Virus record (IMG/VR): IMGVR_UViG_3300032030_000015
Location: 81,002-145,001 of that record
Strand: one strand, 5' to 3'
Length of the DNA: 64,000 bases
Source: a virus
Taxonomy: Duplodnaviria > Caudoviricetes
Shown: piece after piece, positions 27,464 to 36,372 of the stretch
Numbering within the stretch: position 1 is the first letter of the stretch
How the letters are laid out: each line of letters starts with the position of its first letter
Notes under the pieces: generated by a model
Told to the model about the DNA's origin: nothing
Seen by the model: only the letters and a program-made list of their open reading frames with translations
Databases searched by the model: none
Program-made: the position numbers and the translations under genes

Positions 27464-27631
27464 ATGGGACAGTATGACAATCATCTTGTTAACGGTGAAG
27501 CACTGACGCAGGTGTTGGTGGACATTCACACCGACCAGCAGCGACAGGACGCGGCCACGAAGACCGTAGCTGACGCACTGCCGACGGCACTTGATGTCGT
27601 CGAAATCTCCAAGTTATGGAACAGAACTTAA
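27464..27631 (+). CDS. 55-aa fibre adaptor (not in the ORF track)
   Basis: MGQYDNHLVNGEALTQVLVDIHTDQQRQDAATKTVADALPTALDVVEISKLWNRT*. Confidence 0.7.
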   Translation: MGQYDNHLVNGEALTQVLVDIHTDQQRQDAATKTVADALPTALDVVEISKLWNRT

Positions 27632-27660
27632 TAACAACAATTAAAAAAAACATTACGATT

Positions 27661-28866
27661 ATGGGAAAATTTCTTGACCAGTCAGGTGTGGCTCACCTGA
27701 TTTCACTCATCAAGGCTGCCTTCGTGGCCAAAGAGAATGGCAAAGGTCTGTCTACAAACGACTATGATGCCGTCGCGAAGGGTAAGGTTGATGCCATCCC
27801 GGCAAACCCCAAGTACACGGACACTACCTACACGTCAAAGTCTGCCGCCGACGGTGGCACCGAGGTGTCGCTCGTCACCACGGGCGAGAAGTACTCATGG
27901 AACAACAAGGGCTCGTACTCGAAGCCGTCGGGAGGCATCCCTGCCTCCGACCTCTCTGCGGCTGTACAAACTTCTCTCGGCAAAGCTGATACGGCTCTCC
28001 AGCAGCATCAGGATGTCTCCGGAAAGGCTGACAAGTCGGCCACCGTCTCGAACGTGGCATGGGATGGCACGAACAAGAAGCTGACGAAGACCATCAACGG
28101 AACTTCGTCGGATGTCGTCAGCGCCGACACCATCAAGGCTGCCCTCTCGCTCGACAAGGGCGACGTAGGTCTCGGCAGCGTCACCAACGACGCGCAGGTA
28201 AAGCGCTCGGAGATGGGTGTCGCTAACGGTGTGGCCACGCTCGACGGCGAGGGCAAGGTGCCCAGCTCACAGCTGCCGGGCTACGTCGATGACGTCGAGG
28301 AGTACGCCACGCAGAGCGCGTTCCCAGCAACGGGCGAGACGGGGAAAATCTACGTCGACAAGGCCACGAACAAGACCTACCGCTGGGGCGGAACGACCTA
28401 CGTCGAAATATCGTCGTCCGACATCACGGGCATCAAGGTGGGTTCTTCCGGAACGACCATCACCCCGTCTGGCGGCGTCATCACCATCCCTGCATACGAG
28501 ACAGGCGCACAGGTGAACACCGTCATCAGCGTCGCAGGAAAGACGGGGGCCGTCACTCTCGACAAGTCTGACGTAGGTCTCGGCAACGTAGGCAACTTCA
28601 AGGCCGTCTCTACCGCCGCCTCGCAGGGACTGACTGCCACAGAGAAGAGCAACGCCCGAACGAACATCGGCGCAGGGACGTCGTCGTTCAGCGGGTCGTA
28701 CAACGATCTGTCGAACAAACCGACCATCCCCACGAAGGTCAGCGACCTGACCAACGACTCGGGATTCACCGCCGTCACCAAGGCTACTGTCACTGGATGG
28801 GGCTTCGTCGAGGCTACGGCACTGACAGACGCGGAAATCGACGAGCTGTGGAATGCCGTCGCATAG
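27661..28866 (+). CDS. Fibre segment protein (start MGKFLD at 27661)
   Basis: GKGLSTNDY, KxDVGLGxV, GVATLDGEGKVPSSQLPGYVDDV, SVAGKTGAV and SGSYNDLSNKPTIPTKVSDLTNDSGF are classic gut-phage fibre repeats. Confidence 0.85.
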   Translation: MGKFLDQSGVAHLISLIKAAFVAKENGKGLSTNDYDAVAKGKVDAIPANPKYTDTTYTSKSAADGGTEVSLVTTGEKYSWNNKGSYSKPSGGIPASDLSAAVQTSLGKADTALQQHQDVSGKADKSATVSNVAWDGTNKKLTKTINGTSSDVVSADTIKAALSLDKGDVGLGSVTNDAQVKRSEMGVANGVATLDGEGKVPSSQLPGYVDDVEEYATQSAFPATGETGKIYVDKATNKTYRWGGTTYVEISSSDITGIKVGSSGTTITPSGGVITIPAYETGAQVNTVISVAGKTGAVTLDKSDVGLGNVGNFKAVSTAASQGLTATEKSNARTNIGAGTSSFSGSYNDLSNKPTIPTKVSDLTNDSGFTAVTKATVTGWGFVEATALTDAEIDELWNAVA

Positions 28867-28943
28867 CGAACAGAAGTCTCCGGCGGATGTCACCGCAGCC
28901 ATCCGCCGGAGTTTACTGAAACCTTTAACGAATAACATCAGAC

Positions 28944-29327
28944 ATGGAGAAATTCTTAGACTCCGCTGGCCTGAGCCAGCTCATAGCAAACATAAAGCGC
29001 GGAACGCCCGTGGCCGTCGTCAGCGGCACCACACCCACGCAGCAGCTCGCACCGAACATGCACTACTCCTTCGGCGAGGTCACAGCACTCACCGTGACAC
29101 TCGGAAGCCCAGTGACGGCAACGCAGGACAACGTCACGAAGTACTACCCCTCGGAGTACACCTTCGAGTTTGACAGCGGCTCTACGGCAACAACGCTCTC
29201 GCTGCCTGCATCCATAGTGTGGCAGGACGGCACGGAACCCGTGATTGCCGCAGGTAAGCACTACGAGATAAGCATCAAGTACGATGCTGCCAACCAGACC
29301 TACTACGGACTGTGGGCGGAATGGTAA
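28944..29327 (+). CDS. Distal fibre cap/adaptor for the receptor-binding protein
   Basis: N-dock KFLDSAGL followed by a beta domain (EYTFEFDSGSTATTLSLP..W..YEISI); no C-dock. Confidence 0.65.
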   Translation: MEKFLDSAGLSQLIANIKRGTPVAVVSGTTPTQQLAPNMHYSFGEVTALTVTLGSPVTATQDNVTKYYPSEYTFEFDSGSTATTLSLPASIVWQDGTEPVIAAGKHYEISIKYDAANQTYYGLWAEW

Positions 29328-29346
29328 CAACTAATCACGCTGCGAT

Positions 29347-30525
29347 ATGAAAGAGAGAAGAAGAGTCATGATGGGCATTGGCGTGAAAGAGCCATACACA
29401 AGGCTGTTGTTCCTTGAGACGACGGGAACGCAGTATATAGACACTGGTTACAGGCCCAACAACAAGACCCGTATATATGCGAGGATGCAGACCACCGAGA
29501 GCACTCCCTACGGAAGGCTCTTCGGCTGTGTAAGCGGAAGCAACTACAACAGTTCTCCTGCCGTCGTACTGGACTGGGAAAACAATTACAACGGCACGCT
29601 CCATGTCATGTGGGGCAATGTGAGCGGATGGACGAACCTTCAGAGCATCACTGGAGACTACGGCATCCATACCTACGAAATCAACAGGGGTGTAGTGTCT
29701 TATGACGGCACGCAGGTGCATGACTTCGAGGACAGCGACACTTGGCAGACCACCGTGAACATGGCCATATTCGACTACTTCAAATCGACGGGTATCAGCG
29801 GTGGCGACGAGCGCATGATAGGCCGCGTATATGAGTTCAAGATATGGGAGGACGATGTGCCAGTGAGGGATTTCGTTCCCGTGCTGGTTGACGGCGTGGC
29901 ATATCTGTACGACAAGGTGACGAAGCAGCTCTACGGCAATGCTGGCACTGGTGTGTTCCGCTACGCAATCAGCGAAAGTAATCTCATCAGGACAGAATAT
30001 ATTGAGACCGACGGCGCGCAGGCGATAAACACCAGCATCGTTCCCAAGGACAACGGGGAGTACTCTATAGACTGTTTGTTAACCACCGTAGAAAACGACA
30101 CTCCCGAAGCTATGGTGACAACGTATAGCTATACCTATTATGTTAGGTTGCGATTCGAGTTTAGTTACAGGTGGAGCTGGGTTAGAGCAGGTTTCCTTGA
30201 CCAAGGCTCAGGTGAAGTTAGTATCAATACAAGAACAAGGCATCTGTATACCATTGACAAAAAAGGCTTATACATTGACGGAAACCAGTCGAAAGGGTGG
30301 TCTTCGTCACGTTCCTTCGAGACTGGCTACAACGAGAAAATCTCCATCATAAAAAACACTTTCATCGGACGGATATACGGAGCGCAGATAAAGGAAGGCG
30401 GTGTACTCGTCCTTGACCTCATCCCTGGCCGCATCGGTACTGTGGGCTGTATGTACGACCGTGTCAGCGGACGTGTCTACCCTAACGACGGCACGGGCGA
30501 CTTCAGGGTAGGGCCAGACGTATAA
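29347..30525 (+). CDS. Receptor-binding protein with two tandem lectin/LamG-like domains
   Basis: N-terminal RRRVMM; duplicated (F/Y)(L/I)ETxGxQxI(D/N)T ... D(F/L)(V/I)P ... YDxV(T/S) ... NxGTG module. Confidence 0.65.
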   Translation: MKERRRVMMGIGVKEPYTRLLFLETTGTQYIDTGYRPNNKTRIYARMQTTESTPYGRLFGCVSGSNYNSSPAVVLDWENNYNGTLHVMWGNVSGWTNLQSITGDYGIHTYEINRGVVSYDGTQVHDFEDSDTWQTTVNMAIFDYFKSTGISGGDERMIGRVYEFKIWEDDVPVRDFVPVLVDGVAYLYDKVTKQLYGNAGTGVFRYAISESNLIRTEYIETDGAQAINTSIVPKDNGEYSIDCLLTTVENDTPEAMVTTYSYTYYVRLRFEFSYRWSWVRAGFLDQGSGEVSINTRTRHLYTIDKKGLYIDGNQSKGWSSSRSFETGYNEKISIIKNTFIGRIYGAQIKEGGVLVLDLIPGRIGTVGCMYDRVSGRVYPNDGTGDFRVGPDV

Positions 30526-30555
30526 ACAAATAGGATAAAAAAAAGAACAACGGCA

Positions 30556-31077
30556 ATGACAAAGAAACAATGGATTGACGGCGACGGGAACTTGTGGAAC
30601 GGCAGTTCGGTCGTCATAGGAGAGACAAGAGTGATTAACCCCACGGACGAGCAGATGCTTGAGGCAGGCTACACGGAGTACACAGCACCAGAGCCGACAG
30701 ACGCTCAGCGGCTCGGACAGGCACGGCAGAAGAAACTCGCGGAACTGTCGGCCTACGACCAGAGCGACGCAGTGGACGGCTTCTCCATCGGCGGCGTGAC
30801 CATGTGGCTCACCGTCAGTGAACGGCAGCAGATAGCCACTCAGATAGCTGCCAGCGAGGCTGTAGGCCGCACAGAGATGACCCGCTGGTTTGGTGGTCAT
30901 GCCTTCACCTTCCCCCTCGCCACATGGCAGCAGATGCTCGTGGCACTCGAAGTCTATGCTGGCGACGCACTGAACGTCACCGAACAGCATCGGGCAGCCA
31001 TCAGCGCACTCGGCACGGCAGCAGAGGTCGAAGGCTACGACTTCACCATAGGCTATCCCGATAAGCTCGCCTTCTGA
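30556..31077 (+). CDS. Tail fibre assembly-like protein (DUF4376-like)
   Basis: KLAELSAYDQSDAVDGF..MWL..LEVYA..YDFTIGYPDKL. Confidence 0.65.
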   Translation: MTKKQWIDGDGNLWNGSSVVIGETRVINPTDEQMLEAGYTEYTAPEPTDAQRLGQARQKKLAELSAYDQSDAVDGFSIGGVTMWLTVSERQQIATQIAASEAVGRTEMTRWFGGHAFTFPLATWQQMLVALEVYAGDALNVTEQHRAAISALGTAAEVEGYDFTIGYPDKLAF

Positions 31078-31098
31078 TTAACCCAAAACAGAAAAAGC

Positions 31099-31614
31099 AT
31101 GATGACAACAACAATGACGATAATTTCAATGGTGCTGGCTGCACTTGGTGTGGGCTATGCCTCGTGGCGGCAGGGTGAGTTGCCGCGTTCGGTGTCGGCG
31201 ATGGTCTATATGTTGCCGATTGGTAAGAAATATGTGTGGTCGGTGTGGCTACTTGCAGTGACGGCATTGCTGACGCCGCGTCTGCTGGAGTCGTTGCCCG
31301 ACGCTTGGTCGTTCCTTGGTTTCCTGACGGTGGTGTCGATGGCTTTCTGTGCCTTGATGCCGCTAACGGACAATGACACGGAGCGATGGCATGACCTACT
31401 CGGAGTAGCGGCAGGTGTGTTGAGCCAGGTCTGCGTGCTATTCATTCAGCCATGGTGTCTGCTGGTATGGACACTGATGGCGGTACTGAGTCTGCTTGTA
31501 CTGACTTGTGACAAGCCGTGGTTCACTTGGCTGCTGACGAGACTGGAAGGCAGCGGCGTGCTGCTGCTTGAAATTTTGGCTGCTATTGCGCTGTATATAG
31601 CGATATTAATTTAG
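31099..31614 (+). CDS. Multi-pass membrane protein
   Basis: Five to six hydrophobic helices. Confidence 0.7.
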   Translation: MMTTTMTIISMVLAALGVGYASWRQGELPRSVSAMVYMLPIGKKYVWSVWLLAVTALLTPRLLESLPDAWSFLGFLTVVSMAFCALMPLTDNDTERWHDLLGVAAGVLSQVCVLFIQPWCLLVWTLMAVLSLLVLTCDKPWFTWLLTRLEGSGVLLLEILAAIALYIAILI

Positions 31615-31694
31615 AAAACCTCGTTCCTTAAAAAAGTCATGAGACAAAAAATAGGCCTCCTGGCTTAAAATACCTCTCACAGCATTTTTACACG

Positions 31695-31753
31695 GCATCC
31701 CTGCCACTCCACCAGGAGACCTAATGGTTTTTCCTTCGGAGTGGCAGGGATGC
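31695..31753. terminator. Long hairpin (16-bp perfect inverted repeat); terminator or cis-regulatory RNA
   Basis: GCATCCCTGCCACTCC ... GGAGTGGCAGGGATGC. Confidence 0.5.
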
Positions 31754-31814
31754 TTGCGTGTATATATGTCTGTGAGAGGCCACAAAGGTAATAACATTTT
31801 TAATTATATAAACA

Positions 31815-32042
31815 ATGAAACGGATAGAATTAGTGAAATTTAACGCGGGATTATTTCAAAACATGAAATCGGCGGGTGTGCGCATGGAGGACAGCGACTA
31901 CATCGCCATCTACGACGACTTTATGGCTATGTCTGCTGAGAACATGAAGAAAACGGCCATTATGGAAATCCTTGCCGAGCGTTATCATCTAACGTCTCGC
32001 CATATCCACAACATCCTGAAACGGCTCAACGAAGAAGTGTAA
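31815..32042 (+). CDS. Small HTH/Mor-like regulator
   Basis: C-terminal LAERYHLTSRHIHNILKRL HTH. Confidence 0.65.
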   Translation: MKRIELVKFNAGLFQNMKSAGVRMEDSDYIAIYDDFMAMSAENMKKTAIMEILAERYHLTSRHIHNILKRLNEEV

Positions 32043-32116
32043 CCGCATACAGCTCAACGTCTTGAAACGCCCACTTCACCACATGAACAGCCGCCTTCAC
32101 CCTCTTTGTCCCGTAA

Positions 32117-32150
32117 GTTGCGATATTATCGCAACAATACTCTATCTTTG
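32117..32150 (+). promoter_or_regulatory. Host-type promoter (TATCTTTG, 32143-32150) with an upstream palindromic operator
   Basis: Perfect palindrome GTTGCGATA-T-TATCGCAAC at 32117-32135, just upstream of TAnnTTTG. Confidence 0.65.
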
Positions 32151-32220
32151 CCCGTGGATTTCAGCAGTGATTTCCACATAGTTCACTTTATTTATTCACC
32201 AACACAAAAACCAAAACATT

Positions 32221-32772
32221 ATGGCACTCGAAATGAATGACCTGATGGCCCTGAAATCAATGGGCAACGGGGGTGGCATGACTCCCTACGAGCAGTACAT
32301 GGTTGGCTACAAGCAGTCGAAGCGCCCCAGCGGCGTGGCGATTGCAGGACTGACCGTCGGTTCAGTAGCTGCTGCAGCAGCTGTAACAGCATGGATCTTC
32401 GGCGGCACCTACGCCAACGCGAAGTCGAAGGAGGCCAAGGAGGCCGCACATTCAGCAAAGGAGGTGGCTATGGCCTACTATGCTGGAGTTGACAAGCGAC
32501 TCGACAACATCGGTGCGCTGCTGGAGAGCGAGGTGAACCGTCGCATCCAGGGTGACATCAACATCACCCAGTCGGTCAGCGACACCATCAGCGGACAGCA
32601 GAGCACGTCACAGTCCACCAGCGTCGAGAACTCGGCAATGGCTACGGCCTACAACCAGATCATCTCCGACCGTCTGACTGGCCGCTCCAGCCTCGATGCT
32701 CAGCCCGTCTGCATCTACTCGGCTCCCAAGCCCTGTGGCTGTCCAGGCTGCGGTTGTGGCTGCCAAGGCTAA
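32221..32772 (+). CDS. Cys-tailed protein with a hydrophobic helix and coiled coil
   Basis: GVAIAGLTVGSVAAAAAVTAWIFGG; ends PCGCPGCGCGCQG. Confidence 0.8.
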   Translation: MALEMNDLMALKSMGNGGGMTPYEQYMVGYKQSKRPSGVAIAGLTVGSVAAAAAVTAWIFGGTYANAKSKEAKEAAHSAKEVAMAYYAGVDKRLDNIGALLESEVNRRIQGDINITQSVSDTISGQQSTSQSTSVENSAMATAYNQIISDRLTGRSSLDAQPVCIYSAPKPCGCPGCGCGCQG

Positions 32773-32838
32773 CAACGGCTTTTGAGTGTTGGCGGCGGTT
32801 TTGCCGTCGCCTTCACTCTCTAACTTAATCACGGCAAT

Positions 32839-33231
32839 ATGATATGGAACAAACGAAAACGACAGGAAGAGATGCTGAACCAGATACGATTGATAAATCC
32901 GACGAGCAAGATGTCTATCTCGCAGCAGTGCCTGCTGATTGCGAAGGGCGACATTGACGAAGCAAAGAAGCTGCGCGACTACTTCGCCGACGTGATGACC
33001 GATTTGCCAACGGTGGATCAGCCAGACCAGACGTGGGTGGACAACACGAAGAACGCACTGAACGGCATCCTCTCCTGGGGAGGCGAGCACCAGCAGGGCT
33101 TGCTGCAGATATATGAAATCGTGCGAGGTATGACGGGCAACCGCCTGCCGCCATTGTCACTCACCGGCATGGCAGCCGAGACCACAGAGGCACCCGCCGC
33201 CGCGCTGCCGCCTATCAACGAAGATGTTTAG
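32839..33231 (+). CDS. Hypothetical protein (Cys-rich operon)
   Basis: Operon position; leader ATCACGGCAATATG shared with the next gene. Confidence 0.7.
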   Translation: MIWNKRKRQEEMLNQIRLINPTSKMSISQQCLLIAKGDIDEAKKLRDYFADVMTDLPTVDQPDQTWVDNTKNALNGILSWGGEHQQGLLQIYEIVRGMTGNRLPPLSLTGMAAETTEAPAAALPPINEDV

Positions 33232-33277
33232 TATGCTGCTATGTCATAGCAGCCCAAAGAATTAAAATCACGGCAAT

Positions 33278-33499
33278 ATGGAACAGACACAGAAACAACT
33301 CAGGCCATTCCGCATATCCTTCGAGCTTTACGCCCACGACGAGCAGGAGGCCGAGGAAGCACGCATGGCCATCGTGGCCTTCATCGGCCAGCACGCAAAG
33401 GCAGGTCGCGCAGTGACCGGGCGCAAGGTAGCCCAGGCTGTCAGCCGCTGGGATCAGAACCCAATCGTTAAGAACCAAGTTATCAATTACTTTAAATAG
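33278..33499 (+). CDS. Hypothetical protein (Cys-rich operon)
   Basis: Operon position and codon usage. Confidence 0.7.
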   Translation: MEQTQKQLRPFRISFELYAHDEQEAEEARMAIVAFIGQHAKAGRAVTGRKVAQAVSRWDQNPIVKNQVINYFK

Positions 33500-33507
33500 A
33501 AACAATC

Positions 33508-33816
33508 ATGGCAGAAAAGAATCAAACCACCGCAGGCGTTGCAGCCGAACCCGGAGCCACGCCACAACCGCAGACACAGCAGGCCCGTCCTTGTCCGAAG
33601 GACTGTCGCCGATGCTCGATGGCGCAGCAAATCTGCTGCTCGTCGATGATGTCATTCCAGATGTTCGAGGTAATGAACAATGTCATCACCCGTCTCGACC
33701 TCCAGTCGCAGCGCATCTATGAACTGGAGCAGCGCCTCACGGCCATCCAGAGCGCCGAGGCAGAACTGGCTGCACCGGCACCCATCCAGGGCGACCTGTT
33801 CGACAGTCAGGAATAA
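33508..33816 (+). CDS. Cys-cluster plus coiled-coil protein
   Basis: CPKDCRRCSMAQQICC followed by heptads. Confidence 0.7.
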   Translation: MAEKNQTTAGVAAEPGATPQPQTQQARPCPKDCRRCSMAQQICCSSMMSFQMFEVMNNVITRLDLQSQRIYELEQRLTAIQSAEAELAAPAPIQGDLFDSQE

Positions 33817-33893
33817 TAGGCAACCAATAGCGCAGAGTGGGGCTGGCGCAGAAAGTAGGGCCCCGAGACAATCAAACACAAAAACAAAACATT

Positions 33894-34367
33894 ATGGCTT
33901 GCAAATGTAACTGCATGATCAAGAACGGCTCCGACGTGAAGGACTTCCTCCTCTCGTCACAGGCCGCTGGGGTGTACGCACTGGGGCTGACCCACTACAC
34001 CTGTATGAATCAGAAGATGGCGCTGAGCGACCCCTCGCGGCCAGTCATCGCCAATCTTAGTATCGAACCCGTCGGCACACCTGTCGACCTGGGGAACGGC
34101 ATCTATTGTCAGGAGTTCCTGCTGAAGGGTACCGTGACCTACTGCCCCTGCGGCTCGTGCCGTCCGGAGACGGAGTATGTCACGCTTCAGGACTGCCTCA
34201 CCACGACGTCGGCCACCACGCCGCAACTCACGCTGGGCGAGGTCAACGCATCGCCGAAACCCATCACGTACTACCTGAACAACGGCTGTGGCTGCTGTCG
34301 TGCGACGAAGCCCTGCACCAACCAGATTGCCATCACGACATCCGTCGAGGTCACCGCCGGTGCGTGA
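33894..34367 (+). CDS. Cys-rich beta protein (start MACKCNC at 33894)
   Basis: CKCNC, CPCGSC and GCGCC motifs. Confidence 0.75.
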   Translation: MACKCNCMIKNGSDVKDFLLSSQAAGVYALGLTHYTCMNQKMALSDPSRPVIANLSIEPVGTPVDLGNGIYCQEFLLKGTVTYCPCGSCRPETEYVTLQDCLTTTSATTPQLTLGEVNASPKPITYYLNNGCGCCRATKPCTNQIAITTSVEVTAGA

Positions 34368-34406
34368 ACTTAGCCAGACGTGAGTGACCAAGAAAAGTGA
34401 CTAACT

Positions 34407-34766
34407 ATGGACTGGACGGATATCGCCTGCATCGTGTTCGCCTGTACGACGGCCAACCACTTGGGGCTCGTCGGCGCAGTCGTCGGTGTGTTCTTCAAGA
34501 AGCGCCGCTCGCTGCCCGTCGTCAGTTGCCCGAGGTGCCTGACGTGGTGGACGACGATGGCCTACGGAGCAATCCTGGCGGCCACCGACCGCTACGGGTG
34601 TGACCTGTCGGACGTGATACGCTGGCTGGCGATATCCTTCCTCGCAAGTTACCTTGCCCTCTGGCTTGAACTCGCCGAGGGCGGCATCGACAAACTTTAC
34701 GATTACATCTATGGCAAGATTTATCCAACAGCAGATACCGCCGACACCCACAAGGAGCGTTCCTGA
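34407..34766 (+). CDS. Membrane protein with a CxxC motif
   Basis: Hydrophobic helices and SCPRCLTWW. Confidence 0.7.
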   Translation: MDWTDIACIVFACTTANHLGLVGAVVGVFFKKRRSLPVVSCPRCLTWWTTMAYGAILAATDRYGCDLSDVIRWLAISFLASYLALWLELAEGGIDKLYDYIYGKIYPTADTADTHKERS

Positions 34767-34983
34767 AGCGCCCTGCCCGTCGTGCGGCAATCCCGTTCAG
34801 CCTGTCGCTGTGTCACAGCGACCACCCGAGACAGCGGACAAAAAGCCGTCAAAGACCGATATCCACAGGAATCCTACAAAGGATGCGAGTAAGCGAGAGC
34901 AGAGTGAAACCGGTTTCGACTCTGCCGAGCGTGAGCATGCTCAACCAAAGGTTAAATCAACAACTAAATCGAAGAAGAAATGA
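34711..34983 (+). CDS. Small CxxC protein carrying an in-frame palindromic repeat
   Basis: MARFIQQQ..PCPSCG; KDASKREQSETGFDSAEREHAQP is encoded by the repeat. Confidence 0.55.
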   Translation: MARFIQQQIPPTPTRSVPEAPCPSCGNPVQPVAVSQRPPETADKKPSKTDIHRNPTKDASKREQSETGFDSAEREHAQPKVKSTTKSKKK

Positions 34984-35465
34984 CAACACAAGAACTGAAA
35001 GAGAAATACTACGAGCTATACGACTACATGGCTCAAAGTAAGGATCCGAAGAACATGAAAGCCTTCGGTCATGTAATGAATGAGATGATGGAGTGGCTTG
35101 CCGCCAACAAGCCCGAGGCTGCCCAGGCATGGGTGGAGAAGCTGGAGGCCATCAAGTGGAAGAACTACCTCACGCCGTCCGAGGCCGACAAGATCGTTGC
35201 CGCCATGACACCACCTGCACCGTGGACTCGCGACCAGTGGAAGAACGCCATGGAGAAGAGCGGCTTCGAGCTGGAGGAATGGCCCTGCTACAACCGCTGT
35301 GCCCTCTACGTGACGATGAACATGATCATGTCCGACTCGTCCACAACGCTCACCAAGTATGCTGGCGACGGCAACATGATGTTCGAGTTCGTCCATGCCC
35401 TGGCGCTCGACAAACTGAAGGACGCCGACAAGCGCTTCGATATTCGCCACTACTTCAATCTGTAG
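34980..35465 (+). CDS. Helical gut-phage protein of unknown function
   Basis: NYLTPSEADKIVAAM..W..YNRCALYVTMNMIMSD..LALDKLKDAD..IRHYF. Confidence 0.8.
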   Translation: MTTQELKEKYYELYDYMAQSKDPKNMKAFGHVMNEMMEWLAANKPEAAQAWVEKLEAIKWKNYLTPSEADKIVAAMTPPAPWTRDQWKNAMEKSGFELEEWPCYNRCALYVTMNMIMSDSSTTLTKYAGDGNMMFEFVHALALDKLKDADKRFDIRHYFNL

Positions 35466-35468
35466 GCA

Positions 35469-35732
35469 TTGGACGTTGACGGCTACTTGCGCAGGCAGTT
35501 GTTGGAGCGCATCTACGACAAGATGTCCGACGACGAGAAGCGGATCTTCATCCAGCTTACCATGCAGAACAAGAGCCACACGGAAATCATGTCCGCCCTT
35601 CAGCAGCAGTCGGCGCAGATCCGGGACCTGCGCAAGCACCAGCAGACCTTCGGAGAAGACTTTGCGTCAAACGTACTTGGCAATGCCGCCTACGATGCGT
35701 TGCTATACATAGCCCGCCGTCTGTTCAAGTAA
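35469..35732 (+). CDS. Hypothetical protein, last gene of the Cys-rich operon
   Basis: Followed by a terminator. Confidence 0.65.
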   Translation: MDVDGYLRRQLLERIYDKMSDDEKRIFIQLTMQNKSHTEIMSALQQQSAQIRDLRKHQQTFGEDFASNVLGNAAYDALLYIARRLFK

Positions 35733-35803
35733 TCGCCCGTCGAGTATGCTGCCGTGTCACGGCAGCCCCTTATCAAAACAACCATCATTCGCCGTGATTG
35801 GTT

Positions 35804-35837
35804 GTGGGGTGCAGATACCAAAAGGTCTGCACCCCAC
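35804..35837. terminator. Terminator hairpin between convergent operons
   Basis: GTGGGGTGCAGA...TCTGCACCCCAC followed by a T-rich run. Confidence 0.7.
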
Positions 35838-35862
35838 TCTTGTTTTGTCCGTAGCGAAGCCG

Positions 35863-36369
35863 CTACGCCGTAATCAACTGAATCCCCATCAGGTTCTCGA
35901 TCTTGAATGAGACGCTGGTCTTGGCGCCGTCGCGGCTGACCTCACAGGTGTAGGTGTCCTCGGTGGCGGCGACGAAGGCCCGCTGTCCGCCCCTGAAGGT
36001 GAGCAGCAGGTGGCTCGGCGTGCGCTCCAGGCGGAGCAGATAGTCAAGCACTGTCTCGCCACGGCTGTCCGCCGTCAGGTCGCGGTCGTCGGCCTCGCAC
36101 GATACGCTGACCGTGTGCTTGCGCCCTGCCACCGAGTCGCCCTCGCTGTCCTTCGCCTTGCCGCTCAGGCGCTTGATGGGCACGAGCCGTCCGCCAGTGA
36201 CGGCGGGCTGCAGGCCGATGGCGACGGCGTTGGTGAGCGTCGGCGACAGTGAGGCGCTGGCGATGGACGGCTTCAGTTGCCAGGCAGCCGTGCCCGGCGA
36301 GAAGTCCGTGACGGGAATGGCGGTCACGGCCAGCAGGTCGTCCAATTCGTACTCCTTACAATTCAGCAT
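35863..36369 (-). CDS. Virion structural protein (tail-associated)
   Basis: Position after the tail tube; beta-rich. Confidence 0.55.
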   Translation of the reverse strand: MLNCKEYELDDLLAVTAIPVTDFSPGTAAWQLKPSIASASLSPTLTNAVAIGLQPAVTGGRLVPIKRLSGKAKDSEGDSVAGRKHTVSVSCEADDRDLTADSRGETVLDYLLRLERTPSHLLLTFRGGQRAFVAATEDTYTCEVSRDGAKTSVSFKIENLMGIQLITA

Positions 36370-36372
36370 AGC

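Noticed and set aside
29347-30525. Diversity-generating retroelement target
   Set aside because: No reverse transcriptase and no adenine-specific TR/VR repeat pair is visible in the window; the two domains are an old protein-level duplication.
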